From Trichoplax adhaerens (taxonomy: Eukaryota; Animalia; Placozoa): a DNA stretch of 34,310 bases. Where the stretch lies: positions 1 to 34,310 of the forward strand of contig NW_002061001.1 of NCBI RefSeq assembly GCF_000150275.1, written 5' to 3'. The position numbers and the translations under genes are program-made. Shown one piece after another: positions 1-12,646 of this stretch; position 1 is the first letter of the stretch, and every line of letters starts with the position of its first letter. The notes under the pieces were generated by a model. It saw only the letters and a program-made list of their open reading frames with translations, was not told the origin of the DNA and did not search any database.

Positions 1-209
1 TAACGTTTCCTTACACAAGGAAATAAACCTATAAGACGAGTGTATAAGAATGTAAGTTAGACAGATTAATGGAGATTTAGATTAGTCAGACGTTCGATTA
101 TTCTTGTTGAAGATGATCATGAACTCCCTAATCTGTTAATGTATGATGATATGGCTGTGTAGCTGTATAACTTATCTGTTATAATTATCAGACATGATAT
201 TACGCTACA
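1..209. repeat. Dispersed repeat copy 1 (solo-LTR-like or non-autonomous TE), truncated by the window edge
   Basis: Positions 2-160 match 11418-11576 with 2 mismatches. This copy continues to ..CGCTACA(209), an imperfect inverted match to the TGTA(A)ACG start seen in copy 2. Confidence 0.75.
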
Positions 210-1327
210 CTTTATGCTTACATGCTGTAGTTTAGCCTTAAAATTATGGCACGTCATGAATAAGCTATGTCTAACTCAGATTGTCCAACTATATTTAATC
301 ATTGGTCATCCCAGTACAACCTAAACAATTGGCTTTTATGCAACAACTGTTTTAGGTTTCGCTTAAATTAATTTGCAGCAATAGGAAGGCTTGTGGAGTA
401 TAAACTAAGAATAAACTAGAAAATATTTCTAACTGCCTAACAAAAATTACTCTAGCTCCTTTAAGTCCAGCATTGCGTCTAGAATTTATTGGTGTAAGTA
501 CTTCCATTTTACTGCACTATTACAAGCCTACTAATAATTAATGTATGCCATGAAATTAAAATTCCTTTATCCTTAGTCGATTGCGGAGATGAAGATCAAC
601 TATCCTCAACTATCAGCCTATCTTTTTATCTCTATTCGTATTTCTAATCAAAATTTCAGAAAGCTTTGGTGTAGAGATGATGCATACTGTACTGTATAGT
701 AATGACTATTGCCAAGTCTGCGCCTTTTCGAATCTAGATTACCTATTTTAAGCCAAGGACATTGCATTCTAAATAAAAGCACCTGCAAATTTGGGGCAAA
801 ATTATCGTTAAAAAGAGAAACCCTTGTCAGATTAGATCTATAAACATTGATAGCAGATTACAATGTGGACTTGTATATTAAGTTTACAGCCTCTATTTCA
901 TACCGTTAAAAACATCTTTTTGGGAAGATATTCGGACTTTAGAATTGAGCTAGGTTACCCGCATTAGGTGCATTGACAGCATATGACAGTATGTACAAGT
1001 GCATCATGTTTATAGACTCTTTTTCGATGTCAATGCAGTCCCTTCTTAAATGACATTAGAACTTTATAATTGAACCAGATTAGCTACCTATGATCGTCAT
1101 CTTTTAGTGTATCCTAAAATGTTTCCCAAAGCCAGTAATACATTCAAAAGTTTTTTGTAGCATAGATAAAGTTAGTGGAAATTGATCCTTTTGAAATGAT
1201 GGTGTTGGATTGAAGAGCAATGAATTACTAGAATCATGGCGGAGCTATCTTCTTTGCCGGTAACTACTACATATTGGAAGTTAGTGCTAGATATATAATG
1301 CTAAAAACGGGCAGACCATTCATACAA

Positions 1328-1885
1328 CTAACATAAGAAGGAAAACCGACGAAAATAGAATACGGAGAAATTAGAGTTCGCAACTTGGCCATACTCTCAA
1401 TGAAGAATCGATAAAGTTATAACTCTATCTTAAGTCTAAATTATTATGGTATGCGTGCACAAGATTGTCAGACCCATTAATTAATTTATAGAACTAAGAT
1501 AGAAAGGAAATCGACGAAATTAGAATACGAAAAGGTTTCTCTTTGCAACTTTGCTGTGCTGTAATTGACGATTCGTCAAAATCAATATTATAAAATTGTA
1601 TTATTACTCTATATCAACGATAAATCCTTATAAAAAAATTGGCACATTCATCAATAGAAGTTGCAGAACCAACATAAAAAGAAAAGCTAACCAAAATAAC
1701 ATACGTCAAGAATTCAGTTTGTGATTTACTCTAAATTTTTATACAAGATTGACTGATCCAGTAATAGAGCTAATACAGAAAGAAAAATAGACGAAAATAT
1801 GAATACGTCGAAAATTCACTTTACGACTAGGCTATGTTCTAGTTGACATATCGTAAATTTTGCTGCTCTATCCTCAACGATTAAG
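1328..1885. repeat. Degenerate tandem repeat, 4 copies, irregular spacing of ~110-175 bp
   Basis: A core resembling A(C/G)ATAGAAAGGAAAxxCGACGAAAATAGAATACG..TT(C/T)GCAACT..ATCG..AAA recurs at ~1330, ~1497, ~1670 and ~1775. Confidence 0.65.
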
Positions 1886-2539
1886 TATCATTTTTACCCA
1901 AACACTGGGTCGAACCCCGACCGATAAAAATACCATATAAAGAGAATTAAGGATAAAAGAGAGATACTACTAGCCAAGGGTGGAAGAAATTGTTGTAGGA
2001 GTTATCAGGTATGTCAATGGGTGTTACGGTTTAAGATATTATTAATTAACAATAAGATAATTTTATTGAAGTAGAAATAGACGGTTAAGTTTAGATAATT
2101 GTAAATATTATGATCTGTTGCAAAAATTGTGATATTCAATCGTTAATGGACTTCCATTAAAGATTGTATAGAAGTAAGTTACTTAATATGCCAATGACGT
2201 GCAATAACCAAAATGGCGGTTGTCACCCTTGTAGGAAATCTGTTAGATCTTAAACGGATTTAAGTTGTTAATTGGGGCTATATTATTATTAGCTCATAAT
2301 ATCAATTAACACATATTTGTCTGATAGTAATCAATATGATTACAAAAGCTATAGAAAAGACTAAGTTATGTATAAGAATAATTAACAGCTTGCGAAGGTA
2401 TAGAATTGGTACAAGTATGGCTAAGTATATAAGGAGTTGTAATTTACCTCGCTCAGGAGAGGAGAAAAATACGGAGACCTAATAAGTTAGTTTAGTAAAT
2501 TTATCCAGACACTTCTAGTTCGCCTTTTACTGTTGACTG

Positions 2540-2915
2540 AGGTCCTCTGCTAAAGTAGAGTGAGTAACGACGCTTGGTGGCAGTTTTACTGTACGATAGA
2601 AGAGATTAGGATAAGCGTGGAACGGGAATTTTATTGTTTCAAACGACGTTGTGACAATGGGTAAAGAATAAACTACCTAGATGCCCATGAAGGAAGCGCC
2701 TATTACAATATTGCCGCTACGTTACAGGGGATCGCCATTGACATTTTGGGGAAGATAACCTTATCCGGTCTGGAAAGGAATATAAATTGAATATCATAGA
2801 CTAGTAGCATAGGTTCCAGGAAGCGATCTTCATAGCCTAGGCCGACGGTATACATATGGCATGGGAACTTGGACTGTTCTTCACTAGCTTAATAAGTGCA
2901 TACTTGTCCTAAGGC
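2540..2915 (+). mobile_element. Heavily decayed Gypsy-type integrase remnant
   Basis: LQGIAIDILGKIT at 2722-2760 (compare xERVAIDILGPLP) is preceded by an RL..QFYC remnant and followed by WHG/WTVLH*LN at ~2858-2893 (GPY/F-like). There are many stops and frameshifts. Confidence 0.5.
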
Positions 2916-4011
2916 TAAGATAGAGGAACTTCTAGAATATTGCTTTTCGGCTTCTCCAGCAGTTCAACTTTTGAACTTTAACGTTCTACTATTTGCTTTC
3001 TATATTGCCTCGGTAAAACAAGTACAATATGGATAGAAGGACTATTAATAAAAAATTAGCAAAAATCAAAGTACATAATGTGTATTGCATTGCAATGCTG
3101 GAGATTGGGGCAAAGCAAAGTGATGCCTTTCACAAATTGATAGAAACAATGTTAGGCCTTGCATTTCGTATGTATTACCGTATCTACCGTAGAAGAAACT
3201 ATAGCCATACTATAAATGAATATCGATTTTATTGCACCTAAATTGACAAAATTAAAAGTAATCCATAGGAGTGGGCTAGCAATTTTTTGATGGAAATACA
3301 CTTTCATGCGTGAGCTCATCGTGATCTATTATCAATTATCGAATTGAATTTGTATACTCGTAAAGGAAATTCCAATGCAATAAAGCTGAGATAGTGATAG
3401 AATGGCACAATTTCATGATATAATCTTTCAATACTAGTTTATTCACAAATAAAAAGGATTAAAATACTACAGAAAGTGATCAGCACCTGCATGCCTTGGC
3501 TACAGATTGGTTTAGTACTTCAATACTCTACTTTTACTTCTATCTCATCTAAAACATTGAATATACTCGTATATTGTTTAAAAATCATTTTGCTTCCCTG
3601 ACTTATTAATAATTGTTCATCTAGCTATTCGCCTACTTAGATAAGAATAAAACAATTTAGCTCACGATTAGTTCATGAGTACTAGTAATGAATATTCTAT
3701 TCGCCTGCTTGAGGCAATTATTGGATCCGTTAGCAAGAAATTACAAAATCATGGCAGCTTTTACAGGTATGTCAAGTCTAGGCTACGACTGGAAACTCCT
3801 GAAGTGGATTTTGATAACTGCGTGTCTGTATCTTCAAAATCGACATCTTGTTCTAGATCATAGGCAAATAGCAGAAAGTTAACAATGATCCAATACTGGT
3901 CTTTAATCACAGAAATAACATCACAATAACTACTGTACTTCTATAACCTGTCCTGCTTATTCGTTCTAATTATTTATTCAATTAAGTACTCTAGATGAAG
4001 GAAATATGAGC

Positions 4012-4061
4012 NNNNNNNNNNNNNNNNNNNNNNNNNNNNNNNNNNNNNNNNNNNNNNNNNN
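4012..4061. other. Assembly gap (50 N)
   Basis: Run of N. Confidence 1.
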
Positions 4062-4393
4062 ACCATACCATACAGACTTTTAGGACTACAACGATATAAC
4101 TGTACATAGAGTACCGGGTAGTGATGGATACTAATCAATAGGATATCGATTTCTGGATACATTAGCAATTTAAAACCGATAACTGCTACGGTGCCTTATT
4201 CAATTCTGCATCCATATACTGGGGATTGGAATCTTTTCATCAATTATACTCTATAGTATGGACTACTAGATGTAAAAGTATATCTAACAGTCGGCGATTA
4301 CAGTCATACTTTCGTATTATCTAATTGCTAACAATCAAAATTGAACTCTATTTTTGTCATCAGCATCGCCGCTATACAGCAGAAAACTAGATC

Positions 4394-7300
4394 TTAGTGC
4401 AAGGTTTCTAAATATTTGTTAAACATAAATAAATAACAACAGATCTACTTACGTGGAGCTGATATATGTGGACGTCGACAATATCGTTTGTAAAGGAAAT
4501 GAAGTAAGAATATTAGCAGTAGAGAAATTACTGTTGCAGCAATTGGCGCGAATATATGATCATTATTTGCGAAGCCATCTGGAGAATTGCTGCCATGATA
4601 GTTTAACGTAGTATTACTTAAACTGTTGTTAACATAAAGTTCATCCCTAAGTGACGCTAAAATATTAAAAACAAAGCTAGTTATGACATGTCTATAAAGA
4701 ACACGTTCTTATGTTCAACGCTGAAATGGAATGTAAGGAATTTAGTAATTTTTTAAAACTAATGAAGTAGGTATTGCTGCATAATATATCAAAGTAATTT
4801 TCTTCACATCGGTAGTAAGTATTTCCATCTCATGAATTAAAATTATATACAGCAATTATTAAATTTCAGCCTTCAATTATGACCGATATACTATACGATA
4901 TAGTACATTATAGCTCTGTGGCAGGAACTGTGGTCAATATCTTGTCTTATTTGGAGTAAAGTTATGTTTTAAATAAATCTCAGTTTCTAACGCAAGTTTA
5001 AGTGGCAGCTAAAATGAACACAAACTATAAATTTATGTTTTTATACCGATTTAAATTCAATCTTGAATTGCAAATACTGTTATGTTTGCTCATTTAGCGT
5101 GTAAATAGTGATAATAATGGTTTATATTGCCGTTGGCAATTTCATATTAAGCTATTTAAAAGTATCTTTTCTCACCTGTTTGAAAATATACCATTTTGCT
5201 TGGTTTACTTCTGCCATAGATGCTTACGGTGATGATATATAACTGGTAAGTGCTATTGTACTGTAAATTGGTGAGAATAGTCGATATTTCACTTGAATTA
5301 ACAATTTGCATATCATAAATACTAGAAGAATTTGTCCTATAGTAGACAGCAAATCCTGTTATATCATCGCCAAAGTTACTTTTCCGCCATCGAATTATAG
5401 CGGCTCTATAAACGGTGCCTTGGACGCTAACATTTCTTGGAGGATTGGGCAATTCTAATTGTAGTGTTTCATAGGTTAAAAAATCGCAAATTAATTAGCT
5501 ATTGATGGAATTATTTTATAACAAACTTTTACATCATTTTACGTATGTAACGGCCATTAATATGTTATGACTTAGTAAATTAAGGATGAGTACTATACCT
5601 TTTGTTTTATAAGATGCCCATTCGCTGTACGTAATGCCCACTTTACTAATAGATAAGATTTGAAAATTGTACATTGTTCCTGACTTTAAACCTACAAGTC
5701 GCGTAGTTATAGAATTACTGGCTGAAAGGTTAGATACTCCTGTTATTTCCATTTTGATGCACAATGAGCAATTAAGCGACGATGGATATCGTTTTTGTTG
5801 ATGATTTTCAATAAACTGAATATAAGATGTTAAGTTAGCTAGTTTGAATAAGTTATTAGCATAGCTTTCAGATTTCCAAGTAATATTCAATTCAGTCAAT
5901 GAAGATGAGATTGCAGTCAGAATTGGTTTGGACGGTAAGCCTGTAATGTGATTTATATTTAGATTATAAAAGTATCAAATAGTACAGTGGAATTAGTTAT
6001 AGAACAGCCTCTATAAATAGCCCGAAGTCTACACAAAATTTGCATAAAATAGATGTACTACAACTATGCTTTAAGTTGTCATACCTATCGTATTTAATCT
6101 CTTTATCTGACTGCTGCTTGTACCAAAGGCATTTGTTGCTTGCAACTTAAAGTCATAACTACTGCCTTTCGTTAAGTTTGCAATATGTACATATCTAACT
6201 GAGATATTCTGCTTTTGCAAGGACTCTTCTTGGTGATCTGTGATCAACATTGTCAGCCATTTGTTCGATGTACTTTGCTTATAACTGAAGCTATAAGTAA
6301 TGTTGGTTCCATCATGTAAATTTAATGCTTGCCATTCCAACACCACAAAGTCAATATTATCGGTTATCTTTATGATTTGGGGACTAATTGGCATACCTAC
6401 GTTAAAAGTAATTTCGAACAATTACTTACCACCATCATTCACTACCATAAAGTTACTAAAGCCTACATTATGCTAGTTTTTACTGAGGTGTGTATACTAA
6501 ATAATAAAACATTCAAAATAAAAAAAACGATTTCAGGCAGCTAAGTATTGTTAAGTAAGACCTTCATGCTAGCCTAATTTTATTTATTGACAAGTATATT
6601 TTACCTTTCATCGTGATTCGAATCTTGGAACTATTACCGCTTCTTCCGTAGTCATTAACAGCTTGTAACCAAAAATTATAAGTAGTCCATGGTTGTAAAA
6701 AATTAATTTTACATATCGTATCATGACAGGTTTGATAGTTAATAGTAGATACATTAAAGTTTTGGCTTCTCATAGTCGTATTAGTAGGTTTACTCATGGC
6801 TTGGTTAAATATAAGGTAGAATAATCCTTTCGCTAATAGGCTGTAATCGGAATTAATGAAAATAATCAAGTTGGTATTTGTTACATTCTTGACCGTTATA
6901 TCTGTAATATTTGCTGGCGGTGCTAAATGGTACAAATAGCATCTGTCAATTTTTGAAAGCGTAATACTGAATTAATTTATTGTAATACAGGAATGTTAAT
7001 CCTTTTACCTCGAATGATTATGTTAATATTAATTCTTTCATTTCCATATGTGTTATTAGCCATACAATAGCAAAGACTGGAATCATGAAAACTTGCTTGG
7101 ACGATTTGAATAGTAGAGTCATTAATTTGAATTATTCCATTTAAGTTTTTGTTATCTCGGTTGCCACAGTTTAGCCAAACTATAGAGGAAGGAAAACTTT
7201 CAGCTACACAAGTTAACGTTATATCGTCGGTATGGTTGACCAAAAGACTCGAATTTAAATGTATCATTTTATTTATAGTTGGATGTTTGGTATCATGTAA

Positions 7301-9915
7301 TGTTATGGAAAGTTTGGGAGGTCCTACAATACAAAATAATAGTTAACCAGTAGCACTAGATATTAATAAACTACAACACTGAATAAAATCCGATTCCACA
7401 ATTTCAGAAAACTAAATGTCAATCAATAAAAGTAAGCATACATCAATGTAATCGTAATTGGATGCCAAATGCTCGTAAGAAATATTGTAAGGAAAAATGG
7501 CTTTAAAAATATTTTTAAATTATTCTATGCTATTATACCTTTAATCTTGACGTTGAAAACTCTATCATAACCTTGATTATAAGCAGATAGGCCACTCCTC
7601 AATATATACTTTCCCTTGTTATTATACTTTGCATCTAGTATACATAGCTGACTAAAGTATGTACCATTTGCCATTATCCCAGTAGAAATACAGGTATTCT
7701 GCTGTATGTTCTGTATTTCACGATTATTGCCAAAATAGCAAGTTGAGTTTATTACTTTATTATTGAAATACCATGAAGAGAGTATTACATAGTTTCGGAT
7801 GGCGCCAATATTGAAATTTATACAGTATTTTGTGCCATAAGGCATTACAATGTCATTTTGTTGACTGGATGGGATATTTAGTGTAGGTATTACTTCTGGA
7901 AAGAAAAGTTCAATCATTTGCTTAAAGTTGATAAATATCGAAATTTAAAATGTTTTGTCATTTAAGCTTGACATTTGAATTTTATCCTGCTAATTTATTG
8001 ATTTTTAAAAATTAGTTACACGAGTAATTTAAATGATCAAGACTTTTCATTTTAATCCGACAACGTAGAATTAATATTTTCCTTTATCATATTATTTCTG
8101 AGGTAGATATATTATAAGTTTTACACTGACTATATAGCAATATTTAGCTTAAAACATCCTGTGATCTAGATTGAATACTATTCGCGTTTATAAACGATCC
8201 AACGAAATACTATTTTGAAATTCCGAACTAAAAGCGCAATAACTTCAATTACAATCGTATTCTACTTTACATAGATATTATACCACCATTAAGGTATTTA
8301 AAATATAGTTTAGATAGTCACTGAAACTACAATCTTTCGATAATACAAACTTGTATCGCACAAAAGTCCGGTGTATCCAGAGGCGAGACATTTGCACTGA
8401 AAACCATCTTGTAAATTGTGACAATAACCAAAGCGGCAAGGATTTGATTCACAAGGTGAAATATCTGTAAATCGTAACGATTAAATAAGTCAAATAATAT
8501 AGTCCAGTACACAATCTTACGAATTTGTTACAATATCTGCATGTTCTATGCTGAACTGCATGGAATACCCAAAGTTCTGATTGAATAGATGAGAATTTAA
8601 AACTTTTATTTTTGCTATTTAAATTAAATATTCTAGGCATTCAATGTCTAAGATTACAAATAAGTTTTCTTCTGCAATTACTATGCTTAATTGCTTATAT
8701 CTGTTTATGCTAAGATCAGATACTAGTGGCTACTAAAAAAATATTGTCACTATAAAGTTACCGTAGATTGCTCTAGTCGTACATGTGATTTTAAAATTTT
8801 ATTCGTAGATTGAATAAGATTTATATCGCTAAACTTTATGGATTTCGTGATATTCATTTTAAAAATTAATCTATGTCTCAAATAGAACAGAAACAAAATA
8901 AATTGACTATAGATATTTATATGAAGGAAGTCGTTTAATTTCTATCTAGCTAATAAATAAGAACAAAATTTGACTTTATCCCTATTTAATATAATAGATA
9001 TTTCTTACTGCTAATCACAGCTGTAATAAAACTTTCTAGGGTAGTTATGAATATTTTACGCCTTGTTTATTTCGAAAACTTTTACCAATTTCGCAGTGCT
9101 TTCCTGTTCGATAGCGTGGACATAAACACGTATAAGACCTTGTTCTATGGCTTATACATGTAGCGCTTCCGTGACATGGCATTGAAGTACAATAATTTCC
9201 TACGGAATAGTTTTTTGACACAAAGAAATAAACTCATTCTAAATGCAATTAGTAGTTGAACATCCTATTCTTGACTGGTAATCTGACTCTAATTGCAAGT
9301 GTTTATAATCTAATTTACATAGAATTTAAATGTTGATTAGCAGTACCGACTTACTTATCTCGCAAATTTCGCCAGTAAAAAGTGTAGGACATCTGCAAAC
9401 GTAACTTGATGATTTTGTTTTAATACAAGTGCCACCATTCATACAGCTTCTTCCCATATCGCAGCTTATAATAGCTATATTAGCAGAAAAATGAATTAAT
9501 GCTATAGAGCCATGCGGTCAAAGACAGTCTATAATATTGTAGATTTTCCGCTATTTATTCTATTATGATAAATAAGGCAACAGCTCTACTTGCATCTGTT
9601 GCATGTCCTTCCTGACCAGTCGATAGGACATTGACATCGATATTCAGTTTCAGAAATATCATGACAGGTTGAGTATATATGGAGGCATGGGGAAGAGCTG
9701 CACGGTCCACAGATTGCTGAAAATAATATATGATTGATTGGAGATTTGAATGCAGATATAATAATTACAATAACCGTATTTTAAATCATGAGATGGAAGC
9801 GCTATTGATATTGTATGAGATGAGTCCAAATCATGGAATAGCTATTACCTGTATTAAAATGAACGGCGAGAACGAACAATGTACACCAAACAACAAAAAC
9901 TTTTGAACTGATCAT
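4394..9915 (-). CDS. Multi-exon single-pass cell-surface protein: SP-EGFx4-Igx2-FN3x4-TM-short cytoplasmic tail (~890-900 aa)
   Basis: Exons assembled by hand on the minus strand: 9915-9849 (MISSKVFVVWCTLFVLAVHFNT, signal peptide); 9716-9594 (EGF1 AICGPCSSSPCLHIYSTCHDISETEYRCQCPIDWSGRTCNR); 9474-9355 (EGF2 ..CDMGRSCMNGGTC..CRCPTLFTGEICE); 9199-9086 (EGF3 ..CTSMPCHGSATC..CLCPRYRTGKHCE); 8464-8351 (EGF4 ..CESNPCRFGYC..CKCLASGYTGLLCD); 7895-7539 (Ig-like); 7323-7009 (Ig, LTC..W..DSSLCYCMANN); 6922-6605, 6396-6085, 5940-5599 and 5454-5176 (FN3, e.g. LQPWTTYNFWLQAVNDYGRS, LTKGSSYDFKLQATNAFGTS); 4656-4453 (stalk, TM IFAPIAATVISLLLIFLLHFLY, then KRYCRR). All 11 introns between these exons are phase 1 and every internal exon is a multiple of 3 (123, 120, 114, 114, 357, 315, 318, 312, 342, 279, 204). 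The 3' end is ambiguous: read-through stop at 4445, acceptor 4407 (QTLH*, stop 4394), or acceptor 4371 (stop 4328). Confidence 0.88.
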
Positions 9916-11413
9916 GGTCTAAGTATTGTTTGGAAAGTTTTAGCTTTTGATGTTGAAGTGATTTAACTTTCGGATCGAGTGATTCGGCGTTATTAACCTG
10001 ATCCCAACTTAATATAATGAATAATTCAAATTGGTAGAATAACCAAATTTGTGATGAAATGATTTTACATGGAGAAGTCAGTTCTTCTACTGTAAAATTG
10101 CTACTTTTAGCCAATGAAAATAGCAAGATTCTTTGAAAAGCTGATATTCGAATAAAGCAATAAGACCTTTCTATTCAAACTAGCATCTTCTTTAGATCTG
10201 TTCAAGCCATAAAATGTAGCCGTCAATGTACAGTATATCCATAAATTGAATAAGGCGAAAGGTGTAGCAAATTAAAAGGAAATGACGTTGTATAATTGAT
10301 TATAGTAAACATACCTGTGTGACTTATAAGGCAGATATCAAAACATCTATACTATTTGCGGCAGATAGAAGTAATTCAATATCAAGCTAAATAAAGTTTA
10401 CTGCATATTCTATCCTCTTTATAACCTAGGATTAGAGTAATAGCGGAACTGTTTTGTATTGACTTTATTTAGTGCAGACAATACTGTCGTTTGTAGATTT
10501 GCTAAAATACAGTAGGTCTGAGTTTTTTTTTTCATCCTTGATCTAAATTTAGTAGACAGAACAATTTCTTGCATTGAGGCCAGAGAATATAATTAGGTAT
10601 TTTTCAATTTTAGCCATCTCTGCTATAATATTTTCAACTTATTATGAACGCTATGAATTTTAGGTTTGGTTTTGTACGTTAAAGGGACTAGAAGCCATTA
10701 TCCGCATTCCTAATAAAGCGGTAATAAAGTAATACTTTTAGCAGTTTCATATACGGTTACGGAATATTATGCCTATCGTAAGCTAACTTGAGTGGCCTTT
10801 ATTACAATAACTTTATACTATATGATTAAATGATAGCCTTAAAACCTAGGATTAATGATGCTAGCATACCGTACTGAGTCAATCGACTCTGGTCTATCAC
10901 ATTCTGCATAAAACTTGAATAGCTCCTTATGTGGCCCAGATAATAGATAGGAAAGAATTTACTCAAAATTTCTTTTGCATCATATTCTGAAAAAACTCGG
11001 CTTTGTGGCTCTACTAACTAACAGGAAAGAATTATGTAACGATTTCCTTTGCATCAGTACTAGATTTTATATTCTGGCATTTAAGCCCGGCCAAATAATT
11101 ATAGTCGGAGAATTACTAGAAAGCTTTTTTCACGTTTTTCTAGTCGATAAGCCTAGTATCGAGTTGTGAACTTTGAGGCGAAATGCAAAAGGAAGAATCG
11201 AGGAAAATATGCGCGAAGGGAATTTGATATTTGATACAAAGCATAAACAGTTTCTTACGTAGTTTTCTAGATTAATTGCAACTACATGGGCTTATTTCCA
11301 CATTCAGTGTCGAAGGTATGCCCACAAATGGCATAAAAGCAAATAAGTACCAACATAGAAGCGCTACCGTGCAATTAAGTAAGTTAGTAATTGTATACTG
11401 CTTTCAAGAAAAA

Positions 11414-11576
11414 TGTAAACGTTTCCTTACATAAGGAAATAAACCTATAAGACGAGTGTATAAGAATGTAAGTTAGACAGATTAATGGAGATTTAGATTA
11501 GTCAGACGTTCGATTATTCTTGTTGAAGATGATCATGAACTCCCTAATCTGTTAATGTATGATGATGTGGCTGTGT
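11414..11576. repeat. Dispersed repeat copy 2 (truncated)
   Basis: Same orientation as copy 1 and 157/159 identical to positions 2-160. It begins TGTAAACG. Confidence 0.85.
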
Positions 11577-12646
11577 CTCTATATGCAACTGCGAATTTTA
11601 TGATATAACAATCATCAATGCACAGATTATTATCATGTTATCGAAGCTAGTAAAGACTATAGCCTATCATCAACAAATAAAGCAGGCTATTTTTTAGCTA
11701 GCCGGAATAATTTTGATCTAATACTATTATATCGTTAGAAACAAAGTTGAATCAATTCTTATTGAAACATTAATCACATTTCCTAACCAAGATATTTGTT
11801 TCTATTCATTTATCTTACCCACGTAGGTTCTGTGTCGAATAGATGATAGGGGTTCTATTTTGATCATTTTCGTCATTATCATTTTTAAAGGCGTTTATTA
11901 CAATTTCTTAGTTTAATTAATTAACTTATGCAAAATGATAGCAGTTTCATACTAGAATCGTTATTTAAAGCCGTTCAATTTTTAGCTATTATTGCAATTC
12001 TACTTCTCTTACAGTTCAATGCGTGATCAATATTGATAATACACATTATATTCAACGCTATCAAGTATTATGGTATCAGACAAAGTCATTAATATGGGTT
12101 GTTTTTCTCAATAAATTATCTTGGTAGCAACATACAAAGTTACGTGCTTGAGCAGTCATAATAGAAGAGTCTTATTGAATACCATTTATCAGCAACTGTG
12201 TCAGCTAGACTTATTTCCTTCAGTATTGGATTAAATAGAAATGGAGGATTCCTAGGCGAATTAGAATAACATGTATCAATCCATTAATATCGTGCTTCGT
12301 ATTCTAACATTTTTTCAGTATTTTACTGAATTAAATTTCTAGTGCGTCAAGTCGTTTGCTCAAGTGCTGTAAGTAGTATCGCATGTTGATGCTAAAATAA
12401 TTTCTACCTATAGTAGCTCATTTTATGTGCCATTAAACTTGACTATATTGCGTATGTAGACTCTATATTGCTTGGCTACGGTATCATAACGGACTAGGAT
12501 GGTACATAATATAAGAAGGAAGTATAGATAGAGTGCAGTGTTGGGCATATTATTGAGTTCCATATCACTCAGTAAAATGAATATTAACATGAAACACTAC
12601 CGTACCAATTATAGGTTTTAGTATTTGAACAATTTTGGCATATTGG

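Noticed and set aside
3675-3863. SFYRYVKSRLR resembles the CR1/L2 LINE ORF2 linker (KxFyxYvxSK)
   Set aside because: It is a single short motif with no supporting endonuclease or RT motifs nearby.
3974-4168. ORFs running through N gaps (also 32767-32952)
   Set aside because: Their length is inflated by Ns and they contain no recognisable protein content.
4394-9915. Naming the large gene TIE/TEK, Notch/Delta or a receptor phosphatase
   Set aside because: No kinase, phosphatase, DSL, LNR or ankyrin exons were found, and the domain order differs from Tie.
9854-10126. 90-aa ORF as the first exon of the large gene
   Set aside because: It is in the wrong frame. The signal-peptide exon lies in another frame (ATG 9915, donor after 9849) and matches the paralogues.
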